From: Cyanophora paradoxa CCMP329
Lineage: Eukaryota > Plantae > Glaucophyta
Assembly (NCBI GenBank): GCA_004431415.1
Contig: QPMI01000449.1
Location: forward strand, 128,245 to 192,244
Direction of reading: 5' to 3'
DNA length: 64,000 nt
The notes under the pieces were generated by a model. The model saw only the letters and a program-made list of their open reading frames with translations, was not told the origin of the DNA and searched no databases. The position numbers and the translations under genes were made by a program. How positions within the stretch are numbered: the stretch's first letter is position 1; each line of letters opens with the position of its first letter. Below are positions 37,665 through 50,041 of this stretch, in pieces.

Positions 37665-39786
37665 ATGCCGGCCGGCGGCGCGGAGGCGGCGGCCCCAGCG
37701 GCGCGGCTCGCCGACCTGCCCGACGAGCTCTTGCAGCGCGTCGCGACGCACCTCGGGCCCCTCGGGGCGCTCCCGCTGCTCTCCGTGAGCCGCAGGCTTC
37801 GCTGCGCGCTCGCCGGCGCGCCGTGGGCCGAGCTCGCGCTCGACCTGCGGGCGTGCCTGCGAATTCGAAGACGGGACGACTGCGGCGCGGCGGGTTGCGG
37901 GGCAGCTGCGGCCGCGGGCGGTGGGCGCGCTGGTGCTGAGCGGCGCGGGGCCGGCGGCGGTCGAGGCGCTCCTCTCATTCCTCGCCGGCTCCTCCCCCGA
38001 CCTCGAGTCCGCCGATGTCCTTCCCACCGCGGGGTCGGGTGCCCTTCCGATTCGACCCGCTGCGCTCGCCCGCCCGCCCGCGCTCAGCCCCGCGCAGACG
38101 GTATCGCGGCCGCGCGCGCCGCGGCCGACGGCCTCCGGCACTTTCCTCGCCTGGCGACCCTCAAGTGGTCCGCCGCCCCGCCCCGCCGCCCCGCCCCCTC
38201 GCGCGGCTTCCGGCCGCCTCCGACGCGCTGCGCCAAAGGCGGGGCCCGCCGCTGGCCCTCTCGGGCCTACCCTCGCTCCGCCACCTCTCCATCCTCGGTG
38301 CGGTTCGCCGGACGCGCCTCGGACCCGGCCCGGGCTCGGCCAGCGGCTCTGAGCCCCGGCCCACGGGCTCCTGGTGCGCGCAGGGACGGATATGGCGGAG
38401 GCCGACGTCCGCGCCCTCTGCGCCGCCTTCCCCCACCTCGAGGCGCGCCCGCCCCGCCGGCCCCGCGGCCGCCGCCGGTGTTCCTTGGCCCCGCCTAACT
38501 AGTGGCTGGCCCCCGGTCCCGCCCCGCCCCACCCCGCCCCGCCCCGCCCCGTCCCGCAGTCTCTGGAGGGCTGGTTCGGGGACCGCGCCGCCCTCGCCGC
38601 CCTCGCGCCCCTCGCCGCCCTCCGCCGCCTCTCCGCCGACCTGGTGCCGCGTACCCCCCTCCCATGTCTCCCCCCCTGATCCGGGCGGGTACAGCTGGAG
38701 CCGGAGGGGCTCGAGTCGGCGCTGGCGGCCCTACCCTCCGGCCTCTCGGCCCTCGAGCTCGCCAGCATCGGCTACGAGGTCCGCGCCGCGCTGTACCCCC
38801 CGCCCCCGCCCGGCAGCTCACCTGACCCGCTGCCAGAGCATGTGCGCGGCCGCCCTGCGGACGCTCCCGCGCTTCGCCGACCTGCGGTCCCTGGCGATTG
38901 AGGTGCGGGTCGAATCCGCGCGGCGCCATTTCACGATTTCGCTCTGATTCGCGATCGGGCGCAGGTGGACCGCGGCTCGGCGCCCGCCCTGGGCGCCCTC
39001 GCGTCTGTACCCCTCCTCTCGGAGCTCCGCCTCTCCGTGCGCCTCGGGCACACCGACGCCGAGGTGACGCGGTACCCCCCTCAGGGTTCCCTCCCCACCA
39101 CCTGCTGACCTGCGTACCCCGCCACAGACGTCGGAGTTCGTCTCCGCTCTCTCGCGGGCGGTCGGGTCGATGCAGGCCCTCCAGGCGCGTACCCCCCCCC
39201 TCGCCCCCCGCGCTCCCGCCGCCCCCAGGAACGCCACTGTACCCCAGGACCTGGACCTTGATCTGGACGACTGCACTGAGGAGGGCTGCGACGGCCCCGC
39301 GCGCGCCGCGGCGCTCCTCGCCGGCTGCCGGCCCAGGTGCCGTACCCCCCTTCTTCGTTTCTCTGTACCCCTCACACTTGGGTGCCTTGTAGGCTCCGGC
39401 GGCTCGGGGGGTACTTCCAGAGCCCCTCCCGCCTCGACCCGCTGGCCTCCGCCTTCGCCTCCGGCCCCTTCCCCCGCTTGAAGGTGCGCTTTCGCGTACC
39501 CCCCTTCCCCAAAAGATCTTTTGTTTTCTCGCCGCAGGAGGTCGAGATCACGTACGCGGCAGCCCGCTCCGCCCCCGGCGCGGAGTCCCTGTACCCCCTC
39601 CTCCACGCCCTCTCCGCGATCCACGCCGCCCTGGCGTCCTCCCACCCCCGGCCGCGCCTGCGGCTCCGGCTGGGGGCGCCCTCGGAGCTGCGGGGCGGGC
39701 CCCTGTTCCCCCAGTGGGAGGCCTTCTGGCGGGAGGCCGCCCGGAGCCCGTTCGGCGCCGCCCTTCTGCACCCCGCCACGCTCTGA
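37665..39786 (+). CDS. F-box/LRR-like protein copy 1 (apparent frameshift near 37860)
   Basis: LADLPDELLQRVATHLGPLGALPLLSVSRRLR F-box; LRR-like FPRLATLKW, LPSLRHLSI, FADLRSLAI. Multi-exon. Confidence 0.75.
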
Positions 39787-39915
39787 GCTCGACAACTGGA
39801 GAGCTAGGCTTTATAATTTGATCATGACAAAAAGCAAAATACATATTATTACAAAGTTAAAGCAGATCTAAAGCGTCGATGCAATTTCGGTGGGAAATAT
39901 AATATAGCCGCCTGA

Positions 39916-42490
39916 TCATGAGTAGCATTCCAAAAATCTGATCTTCACCTCGACTTTCGGACGCAGGCCTCGGAGGATCTGGCGCACAGGCCCGGCGTTA
40001 AGAGGATAACGTCGGTGGGCAAATTCAAATCAACGCGGTCCAAGCGCACCTCGAAGGATTCACGCCAGGAGCTCGAGCTCGAGAAGAGCCTGACGGAGAC
40101 GTGGAGCTCCCGCAGGGCGGGGAGCGCTGCAATCGCCGCCGCCTCCACGTCGCTGAGGGGCCGGCGGAGGCTGAGGCTGAGGCGGACCAGGGCGCGCCGC
40201 ACGCCGGCCGATCCGAGGAGGGCGACGACGTCCTCGGCCGCGGATCCCCATGGCCACTGCGCGGCGCCGGCGCCGTCACGCCGGGTGCCGAAATCGGCTG
40301 CGTGTTAAATATTAATCAGTGATACGTGTACAATGGCGCCGACCGCAAAATTTCGAATTCAAACGAATCGACTTCATATATAGTTATAACGTGTTTATCT
40401 ATATCATTTTTGAGACAAAAGAATGCTTAAGCTTGTTGCATGCAGAATTAGGGTGCGTAATTCTCGGATGATCATGATCGATATATCACGATGCATATGA
40501 CTTACAAGACAGAATAAGGCCGAGCCTCTCCAGGCGGGGTAGGCTGCAGAGCGCCTGCGCCATCGCCGGGGCTGCCGTTCGATCGCTGCAGTCCCCGAGG
40601 TCCACGAAAGCGTCGAGCTCGCGGAGGTTGGCGATGCGGCCGATATCGCCGGACAGCACGGACGAGGGGGTGATCTGGAACTGATCATGATCGCGAGGTC
40701 AGATCTAGAGGGATATATATATATATAATGTTTTGTTTGCCCCTCGAGCTCGACATCGATGTACGAACCGCCAATCCTTGGACTGATTCAAGGCTCGGGA
40801 AGCGGCTGAAGGCGACGAGGAGGGGATAGTTTAACCCCACAACCGTAGATCTGTTAGATTCGTTCGAAATCCGTGGAAACTGGCCTGCCCTGCGCGCGCA
40901 CGGCAAACTTAAATTAAAATACATTATCGCGATCGGCGTCAAGCTTAAGCTTGAGGATATCGCGATCGATGCGAACTCGTGATCAATCTATTTAATGTAT
41001 ATATAGCGAACAGCTGGAATAGGTAGAGCGCATGCTTACATGTACTGGTGGCCAATCTCATACAGGGCGAAGGCTCGAAGGGTCTTTCCCGCGGGACCTT
41101 TGGCAAGCCTCTCCAAGCCGGCGATGATGGGGGCGTTTGGATCGTGGAGTTCGGTCAATGCTGCATACGCGAAGACAACTTCCTGCAGGTGCTCGAGGCG
41201 CGAAAGAGACGCCAGGACCTCCACTTCCGAACCGTCTTCGCACAATTCGGGGGCGAAGCTGATCGAGCGCAGGAGGGGGCATGCAGAGGCGATGGCCGCT
41301 GCAGCTGCTGCGTCGATGGCGATGCCTTCCGACAAGAGCCAGTCGCAGGAGAGAGTGAGCGAGCGAAGCTTGCCGAAAGGAGCGAGGGCGGCATGCAGAT
41401 CGTCGGCCGCTAGCCTCTGCATCTCTTCTAGATCGATATCTGGGTCGTGGTGATCGTGGTCGGCGGTGAAGCCGATGTTGAGGCTTTCGAGTCTGCTCTC
41501 CGAGCCGTCCGGCGGCCGCAGCGCCCCCAGCACTCCGAACAGGAAGTCGTTGAAAAAGCCCGCCTCGAATTTGACATAGCCCTCCATGTACCCTCCGAGC
41601 AGCTCGAATGTCACCTCGCGCAGCTGCGCCGAGCCGCTGCAGCTGCGCGTGATCGCTGCGAGGAGTTTGCAGGCTGCCTCGACATAGCGCTGGCGGCGCG
41701 GAACAACGGGCGCGTCGTCGGGGACGTCGTCGTCAATATTCGAGCCAACGTTCTCGAACTTATCCAGCTGCAGCTCCGGCCGAAGCGCGACGCTTGAGCC
41801 TTCTCCAAGCCGCAGCTTTCGCTGATCAAAGAGCGCCGAAAGAGAATCGCATCCGTCCTCGCAGCTGAGCGTGGAGGATATCGATCTTCCGGGTGCAGGC
41901 CTGCCGAACTCGAGCTCCGAATCCGTATGCGTTTCCTCGTCGTGCACCTGGAAGCTCGAGGCATGTGTCTGCACTTGCTTCGAGAAGTCCTTGCCTCCGA
42001 ACCACAGCTCAAGGGCGGTCCACTCTGTCTCCTCGATCACCCTCCGCCACCGCCTGCGATCGCGATCGGGCGGGGTTCGAAATTAAACTCGAGGCCTAGG
42101 CCTAGCTAGCGCTATAGGCTGCTTGGCATGCGCAGCACATACATGCATGTGAATTCTAGATTAAATAAAATAAAATTCAGATCGCATGCATATGGTTATA
42201 CATAATTGATGATCATATGAAAACCGAAGCGCAGACCTGCAGACGGCGCGCAGGGGCCAGCTCGCCCGCAGCCCCAGCGCGTCGCACTTGAACATGCTGC
42301 TCATGACCGCGTCGGGCAGCGCATCGATATCGGATGCTGCCGATTCCGCGCCGCCAGCGCCATCTGCAGCTGCAGCTGTAGCTGCAGGCGCTGCAGCTGG
42401 CGATGGCTGCGGCGCGGCGCCGGCCGCGGATGCAGCTGCAGCTTCGAATTCGAAGGCTCGAGGAGATGCGGCCGCGGAAGTCGACTGCTC
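39916..42490 (-). CDS. F-box-like / LRR protein (same family as 16404 gene); start uncertain
   Basis: IDALPDAVMSSMFKCDALGLRASWPLRAVCR-RWRRVIEETEW, large exon 41036-42050 with LRR-like repeats. Last exon ...VEVKIRFLECYS*. Confidence 0.78.
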
Positions 42491-43599
42491 GCATGCGCAG
42501 AGAGAGAGATTCAGAGTGAGAATGGACTTGCGCCGCAATTGCAAGATTTATTAAGATCGAATTCATGTATCTAGATATCGATCTAGCTAAAGAGCTCGAA
42601 TAAGTATACGTATACGTATACGAATCGAACATCGATATTATGATATCTATTGCGCTAGCTATATAGCTAGACGTCGACGCGCATGCATATGCACGCGTAC
42701 GCGTGCACGCACTGGTACTTGTGACAGGTGCAGCGCTAGCGCTAGCGGCGCGTCCGGCAGATCGAGAAGCCCTCCAGAAGCAATCTGAGCGCCGAAAGAG
42801 AATGAGAATGGACCCGCACCGTGAGAATGGACCCGCGCCGTACTATCGATATATCGCTACGTACTTTTGACAGGTGCACGGTTTCAGTCGCGGGGCCGTC
42901 TCCGGGGCCGTCCAGCCGACGACGCGGACCAGCGAGAGTGTCCGGGCCCACCGCGCTGCACGCCTCGCCATCCCGCTTCGAATTCATCGCACGCGAGGTA
43001 TCACGCCTCGGACTGCTGCTCGATCGTGGTCAGCGCCGCCCGAGCCGCGCGCGCATAGATGGCGCGCCGCAAACCTCTGAGGTCGCTCCTGCGCGCGCGT
43101 TCCGTTTGCGCGCGGGTCGACTTTCCGGAACTGAAGGAAGTGAATCGCCGTAGTATGTACCCTAAAACCACGTGACGCGTACCCCCCAGACCCACTTTTC
43201 GGCGCAAGCCGTTAATTGATTCTAAGTTCCTGGCTCTCATACAAATTTCTGTTCGTACGTCTCGCTGCACAAAGAACGTATCGCACGCCCCGCAAAGACG
43301 CTAAAAAGGTGGAGAAGACTCATATCTCCAGACGTTTTTCTCAGAAGTTGAAAAGACGCCGTCGAAATGCGATTCCGGCTCCAAAAACAGCATATGCATG
43401 CTCACATAGTCCAATCTGATCGCGAATGTGTCGCTCAACACGACGCCCAATACAGAAGAGCGGGGGACTCCGATATCGATGTTCGCGAGTCCAATGAGGA
43501 TGTAGTTGATGCGCAACATCATCAAAGTCGCCCCCACGCGCCAGGAGAGGAGCGCGGACATCGATCGGGTGGGGTACAGGGTATACAAGGTGGGTACTA

Positions 43600-43790
43600 A
43601 CAAGCTCAAGCCGCAGCTGGATGATCAAGCTCGTTCAAGCTCGTTGAGCTATAGCTCAAGCTCGTTAAGCTATAGCTCAAGCTCGTTGAGCTTTAGCTCA
43701 AGCTCCGATTGAAGCTCGTTGAGCTTTAGCTCAAGCTCAACGCCGAGCCCATCAAGCTTCGTGGCTCAAGCTTAAGCAGCTCAAGCCACA
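43600..43790. repeat. AGCTCAAGCTCGTTGAGCT-type minisatellite
   Basis: Several imperfect ~21-bp tandem units built from AGCT palindromes. Confidence 0.75.
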
Positions 43791-43853
43791 ACGGGTTGCG
43801 CCGAACTTTTGGCCGAAGGCCACCAGCTTTATGTTCCCCGCCGCCAGCTTGCC

Positions 43854-43914
43854 GCTCGAACCCACGACCATTAGGTTAAAAGCCTAACGCTCGTACCAAC
43901 TGAGCTACCAGGGC
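43854..43914 (-). tRNA. tRNA-Lys(UUU)-like, truncated after the T-loop (second copy)
   Basis: Identical 61-nt body to 37342-37402. Confidence 0.7.
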
Positions 43915-44177
43915 CGTCGGACCTCTGCCCGGTGGGCCCGACCCATCCCGTTCTCCCCGCTGCACTCCGCCGACTCCGCGAGCGCTCCCGCCGCCCGGAG
44001 AGCGTTCCCGTCGCCCGGTGAGCGCTTGGCACCTGTCTTTCGCGCCGTGCACGCCCCGCTCCGCCCTGGCGCGGCGTGAGCCCGCGGAACGCTGACGGCC
44101 GGCCGCGAGACGGCGCAGCCCGGCAGCGCGGCCGCGGAGCGCGCTTCCACCGCTCCAGCGATCGCAGCAGCAGGGCA

Positions 44178-46318
44178 ATGCCGGCCAGCGGCGCGGAGGC
44201 AGCGGCCCCAGCGGCGCGGCTCGGCGACCTCCCCGACGAGCTCTTGCAGCGCGTCGCGACGCACCTCGGGCCCCTCGGGGCGCTCCCGCTGCTCTCCGTG
44301 AGCCGCAGGCTTCGCTGCGCGCTCGCCGGCGCGCCGTGGGCCGAGCTCGCGCTCGACCTGCGGGCGGCCGCGGCCGGCGAAGACGGGACGACTGCGGCGC
44401 GGCGGGTCGCGGGGCAGCTGCGGCCGCGGGCGGTGAGCGCGCTGGTACTGAGCGGCGGGGGTGCGGCGGCGGTCGATGCGCTCCTCTCATTCCTCGCCGG
44501 CTCCTCCCCGAGCTCGAGTCCGCCGATGTCTTCCCCGCCCCCGGGTCCGGTGCCATCCCGATCCGACCCGCTGCGCCCGCCCGCCCGCCGGGCGGCCCTC
44601 GCTCAGCCCCGCGCAGACGGGATCGCGGCCGCGCGCGCCGCCGCCGACGGCCTCCGGCGCTTCCCCCGCCTGGCGACCCTCAAGTGGTCCGCCGCCCCGC
44701 CCCGCCGCCCCGCCGCCCCCCCGCGCGGCTTCCGGCCGCCTCCGACGCGCTGCGCCCCAGGCGGGGCCCGCCGCTGGCCATCTCGGGCCTCCCCTCCCTC
44801 CGCCACCTCTCTATCCTCGGTGCGGTTCGCCGGACGCGCCTCGTACCCTGCCCGGGCTTGGCCAGCGGATCTGAGCCCCGGCCCACGGGCTCCTGGTGCG
44901 CGCAGGGACGGACATGGCGGAGGCCGACGTCCGCGCCCTCTGCGCCGCCTTCCCCCACCTCGAGGCGCGCCCGCCCCGCCGGCCCCGCGGCCGCCGCCGG
45001 TGTTCCTTGGCCCCGCCTAACTAGTGGCTGGCCCCTGGTCCCGCCCCACCCCGCCCCGCCCCGCTCCGCCCCGTCCCGCAGTCTCTGGAGGGCTGGTTCG
45101 GGGACCGCGCCGCCCTCGCCGCCCTCGCGCCCCTCGCCGCCCTCCGCCGCCTCTCCGCCGACCTGGTGCCCCGTACCCCCCTCCCATTTCTCCCCCCGCC
45201 CCCTGATCCGGGCGGGTACAGCTGGAGCCGGACGGGCTTGAATCGGCGCTGGCGGCCCTACCCCCCGGCCTCTCCGCCCTCGAGCTCGCCAGCATCGGCT
45301 ACGAGGTCCGCGCCGCGCTGTACCCCCACACCCACGCCCGGCAGCTCACCTGAACCGCTTCCAGAGCGTGTCCGCGACCGCCCTGCGGACGCTCCCGCGC
45401 TTCGCCGACCTGCGGTCCCTGGCGATCGAGGTGCGGCTCGAATCCGCGCGGCGCCATTTCACAATTTCGCTCTGATTTGCGATCGGGCACAGGTGGACCG
45501 CGGCTCGGTGCCCGCCCTGGGCACCCTCGCGTCTGTACCCCTCCTCTCGGAGCTCCGCCTCTCCGTGCGCCTCGGGCACACCGACGCCGAGGTGACGCGT
45601 TACCCCCCTCAGGGTTCCCTCCCCACCACCTGCTGACCCGCGTACCCCGCCACAGACGTTGGAGCTCGTCTCCGCTCTCTCGCGAGCGGTCGGCTCGATG
45701 CAGGCCCTCCAGGCGCGTAACCCCCACTCGCCCCCCGCGCTCCCGCCGCCCCCCAGGAACGCCGATGTACCCCAGGACCTGGACCTTGATCTGGACGACT
45801 GCACTGAGGAGGGATGCGACGGCCCCGCGCGCGCCGCGGCGCTCCTCGCCGGCTGCCGGCCCAGGTGCCGTACCCCCCTTCTTCTTTTCTCTGTACCCCT
45901 CACACGTGGGTGCCGTGTAGGTTCCGGCGGCTCGGGGGGTACTTCCAGAGCCCCTCCCGCCTCGACCCGCTGGCCTCCGCCTTCGCCTCCGGCCCCTTCC
46001 CCCGCTTGAAGGTGCGCTTTCGCGTACCCCCCTTCCCCAAAAGATCTTATTTTCTCGCCGCAGGAGGTCGAGATCACGTACGCGGCAGCCCGCTCCGCTC
46101 CCGGCGCGGAGTCCCTGTACCCCCTCCTCCGCGCTCTTTCCGCGATCCACGCAGCCATGGCGTCCCTCGAGCTTGGCCCCCGCCCGCGCCTGCGGCTCCG
46201 GCTGGGGGCACCCTCGGAGCTGCGGGGCGGGCCCCTGTTCCCCCAGTGGGAGGCCTTCTGGCGGGAGGCCGCCCGGAGCCCGTTCGGCGTCGCCCTTCTG
46301 CACCCCGCCGCGCTCTGA
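44178..46318 (+). CDS. F-box/LRR-like protein copy 2 (apparent 1-nt loss in C-run near 44508)
   Basis: MPASGAEAAAPAARLGDLPDELLQRVATHL...; paralog of the 37665 gene. Confidence 0.75.
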
Positions 46319-47121
46319 GCTCGACAAGTCGGCGCGCATCGACAACCGTTGAACACGGCCGACCTCGAGGCTATAATATAATGCCGCTAGATGTACATTA
46401 TACATCTATTGTGCTCAAATCAATAGCTCACATTCAAATACCAAATGTTCGATCTCCGCGAGCCAAATGTTCGCCAGGTCGGCGGAGAGGCGAGGGGCGC
46501 TAGGCCTAGGGCGGCGCGGGAAGAAGCTCCCACCCCTCCGGCCCGGCGGCCGACGCCCGGGCCCCGGCCGGCGACCGACGCCCCGGCTGCGCGCGCGGTC
46601 GGGGACCACGCCCCGGTGCGCTCATATCATGGAAGTTAAGGAGGGATCGCGATCGGAGAGGGAGAGGGCCACGTGCCCTCCCGAGGCTCGTGCGACTCGG
46701 CTCGAGGCACGAACTCGATGAGAGAAGATCCTCAAATCGATATCGGACAGGCCGGCGCCAGGCCCATAGCATGCGCATGGCCAGGGGCCCGGCCCGGCCC
46801 GGGCGCCTGCCTCTGGTCCGCGCCGGGCATGAGCTATAGCTAGCGATTGAAAGCTCGAACGCTAGCTATATATATGTGGGCCTTTGTGAAGCGTTGAGCT
46901 CTCGAGCTTGCCCCTTCGCTGTCAATGCATTGTTAACCCTCGGAGGTTGCATGAGTCACGCGTCGCGGAGGTTTGGGTGTTATATTGCGATCAGGTACAC
47001 GCTGCACTAACAGGGGGGCTAGCACTAACCGACGCGGGGAGTAACAGCCGGTGTACCCCTCGGGGGGCCTCCCGGCCTCTAACGATGCTCAGGCTCTAAC
47101 TGAATGCTGTACCCCCCGCTG

Positions 47122-47858
47122 TTACTGCCCGAACCTTCCGAACTTGCGTAATTCGGCCTCGCCCTGTACCCAGTGGCTGGTGTCGTCCATCCATTCGCGT
47201 ACCTCCCTCTGACGCTTGAGTGACTCACGCTGCTCGGGGTAGGGAGGGGGGCCTTCGAGGCGGGGTGGGGAAGGGGGTACGGTGGCAAAATTCAGCCACT
47301 CGGGGGTATGCCGAATTCGCCGTGAACGATCCTCTGCGGTGTGAAATACCGGTCGCTGCTCACGGCCAAGTGGAAGAACGCGCTCCTGAGCCCGGAGAGG
47401 AAGCGTGGTTGCATGAATGGCTGCTGGAGGGACTCGTCGCGCCAGGGGGCTACGAAATCAATGATACGCTGCTGTACCTGCGCGGGCAGGGCAAGGATCT
47501 GGCTCTTGCGGTTCGCAAAGGCCGTCCACAGCGCTTGCAGGTCGGCCCAATCGCCGTTCAGATCCCTGCGTTCGCGCCTCAGGTACGATCTCGGGTTCTC
47601 TGTCATACCCATCAAGCCCGCGGCCCTGATCATCTCCCTGTCCGGGAGCTCTCGCTCGTCGTGGAATTCGTCTCTAATCCAGCGCACAAGGTAGAGCACG
47701 CGCTCCATGAAGTTCTCCGCCGGCGAGCCGCCCCCTGAGGACGTGCGCCTCCCCTCCAGCACTGCGTTCGCATCCTCCAAGTCCACGTTCCGCTGTCGAA
47801 TCTCCCCGTCCAGGTCGCCGTTGTTGTACAGCACGTCGGACTCGCGTGTTCGCGCCAT
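47122..47858 (-). CDS. Viral hypothetical protein, tandem paralog B (frameshift in C-run near 47303)
   Basis: ORF 47292-47858 continues after a 1-nt shift as EWLNFATVPP...EVREWMDDTSHWVQGEAELRKFGRFGQ*. Confidence 0.65.
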
Positions 47859-47892
47859 GCTCGCGGCTCGGTGAGAATTTATACCTGTACCC

Positions 47893-48661
47893 CTACTCGC
47901 GGTCGGGGTACCTGTCGCCGGGCATCAGCCTCGCGCGCTTCCGCATCTCCGCCTCCCCGGGTAGCCAGTTCTTCGGGTCGTTGCTCCACTCCTCCCATTC
48001 GCGTATGTCCCGTCTGACGTCACGCGGGGCGGGGCGTTTATCGGTGGGGCGGACGGGGCTGGCAGGGCCTGGCGCGGGGGTTGAGGCCCCTGTTCCACGA
48101 GTACTCGGGGTACTCTTCCCATCCCAGGGGTACCAGATTCATCGGAATTGGCTCAACTTCGAATTGGGGCTTTTTGACGTGATAATCATAGTTTGTGACA
48201 TACGCCGTCACAGCCGAGCGCAAGCGCGAGAGGTCGCGCAAATTTACGTCGTCCCATTGCGAGTCCCTTGCCTTCGCGTACCACTCGAGGATTTGCATGC
48301 GAATGTGGTCCGGGAGGGTCGAGAGTATGCTGAGCTTGGAGCCCAGGGCGAACCAGATGCGCTTGAACTCGTCGATAATCCTGCCCTCGTCGTGGCTCCG
48401 AAAGTAATGGGCACCGCCAGCGTTGTGATGCGAATCGAGCCACCCTGCCTGGGCCAGCTCTAGCACCGGCCAGGGTTGGCGCTGTCGATTCGGTCGCGAG
48501 GCCCGCTCAACCACCCAGCGTCTAAGGTCCTTGACCTGATCTATGAACTGTGCGCCGCCACTACCCTTGTCTGGTTGGTTCACTGTCGATTGTGCTTCGG
48601 GCCTTCGGGTCCTTCGCCTTTCGTCAAAACCGCACAACCGGCTTGGGCGTGTCTTATACAT
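47893..48661 (-). CDS. Viral hypothetical protein, tandem paralog A (frameshift near 48080; may start at 48725)
   Basis: ORF 48038-48661 plus shifted tail ...DIREWEEWSNDPKNWLPGEAEMRKRARL...*; aligns by eye with paralog B. Confidence 0.65.
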
Positions 48662-48775
48662 ACTCTTCTTCTTCTTCTTCGAACTGTGCGATCACGTCCT
48701 TGGGCGCTTCCTCTGCATCCGACATTTGTAATTGCACACATCAAGAAATTCTAAACGCTACTGCGAGGCTAAGCT

Positions 48776-49465
48776 ATGCATACCGATACAGATTGCGAGA
48801 CTTTGCAACAGGGGAGCGCGGCGTGGCACGCGGCGCGCCGTGAAAAACTAACTGCATCTAATTTTGCGGCTGCGTGCGGCATAAACCCCTGGAAATCCAG
48901 GGCCCGCCTGTGGGCGGAGCTAAGCGGGATAGCGGAGGAAAACAACTTTGACAACCCTGCCCTAACCTATGGGCATGATTATGAGCCCTTCGCGGTCTCT
49001 ATCTACAAGGCACTGAACGATAACGTTGACATTAAACATACTGGACTGCACGAACATAAAGAAATGCCGTTCCTCGCCGGTAGCCCCGACGGACTTATAG
49101 GAAATGATAGAATTTTAGAGGTGAAATGCCCGTACAAGGGCGAACTTTATGATAGAGTTCCTACTTATTACATGCCGCAGTTACAAGGACTTCTGGACAT
49201 AACGGGCCGCGAGTGGGCCGAACTTTTTTGCTTCACTCCTCTGCGCGTGCAAACGTGGTACGTCAGGCGCGACGAGAGGTACATCGAGCTCATGAGGAAG
49301 TGCTTACATCTATTTTGGATGCACGTCAAGGAGGGCACGCCGCCCGAGCCCTACAGCGATCGAATGAAGTTAGAGAACCTCAGCGAGGAGCAGGCGGCGC
49401 TGCGCGAGTTTAAGTCGTACGCCCTCCTCTCAGAGTCTAGGCAGACTACTTCTGTCCCAGGCTAG
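48776..49465 (+). CDS. YqaJ-like viral recombinase / lambda-type exonuclease
   Basis: QGSAAWHAARREKLTAS, GHDYEP, FLAGSPDGL, LEVKCP, YYMPQLQG motifs; intact and intronless. Confidence 0.95.
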   Translation: MHTDTDCETLQQGSAAWHAARREKLTASNFAAACGINPWKSRARLWAELSGIAEENNFDNPALTYGHDYEPFAVSIYKALNDNVDIKHTGLHEHKEMPFLAGSPDGLIGNDRILEVKCPYKGELYDRVPTYYMPQLQGLLDITGREWAELFCFTPLRVQTWYVRRDERYIELMRKCLHLFWMHVKEGTPPEPYSDRMKLENLSEEQAALREFKSYALLSESRQTTSVPG

Positions 49466-49975
49466 GTCTTTGGAATCTTAATATAAATTTTCCGGGGACC
49501 CGGGACAGGCCTTGTCGGACATGGCAATGTCAGAACCTTCCCGATCATCTAGATCTATAATGATTCTAGGGAGGGTCCAGACACATCTCTTGTGCGGACC
49601 ACTTCTGTCCCAGGTCTTTGGAATCTTAATATAAATTTTCCAGGGACCCGGGACAGGCCTCGTCGAACAAACCTCTTCATGGGCCAAGATTTCGTGCATG
49701 CATCGGCCGCAGCTCATGCGAAAAATCATGTCTGATCCGATCCTGATCATGACGTCCTGCAAATTGAAGAATCGTCTGACCGGGAGTGTCCCGGGTCCCT
49801 GGAAATTTTATATTAAGATTCCAGAGACCCGGGACAGATCTACCTAGAGGGAACATCCAAAATGCTGTACCCCTCCCACCCCGTGATCTTTCGAATTCAA
49901 TCTGATGGGCCGACCTGAGTGACGGTGTCCTGGGTCCCCGGAAAGTTTATATTAAGATTCCAAGGACCTGGGACA
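49453..49975. repeat. Cluster of four ~50-bp imperfect palindromes with AT-rich core (two forward, two inverted)
   Basis: TGTCCCAGGTCTTTGGAA-TCTTAATATAAATT-TTCCAGGGACCCGGGACA at 49453-49507 and 49606-49655; reverse copies at 49787-49836 and 49926-49975. Confidence 0.92.
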
Positions 49976-50041
49976 AGAGCAATGCATTTTCGCACGACGT
50001 TGACATAGCCTGATCACGAGAGAAAAATGTACCCCGATCTA

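Larger units (their letters stand above)
37339..39795. repeat. ~2.45 kb segmental duplication copy 1 (tRNA-Lys fragment + F-box gene)
   Basis: Near-identical, introns included, to 43851-46327. Confidence 0.93.
43851..46327. repeat. ~2.45 kb segmental duplication copy 2
   Basis: Near-identical to 37339-39795. Confidence 0.93.

Noticed and set aside
43301-43628. Overlapping short ORFs on both strands
   Set aside because: No recognisable motif or codon bias; probably a non-coding repeat or transposon remnant.
1-46318. U12-type introns expected from ZMAT5
   Set aside because: No RTATCCTT donor noticed by eye at the inferred junctions.
46330-47100. Terminal inverted repeat or target-site duplication marking the viral left end
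   Set aside because: The other end is outside the window, so no boundary can be verified.
49453-49975. CRISPR-like array of palindromic repeats
   Set aside because: Orientation switches, spacers are ~90-130 bp, and the context is eukaryotic-viral.
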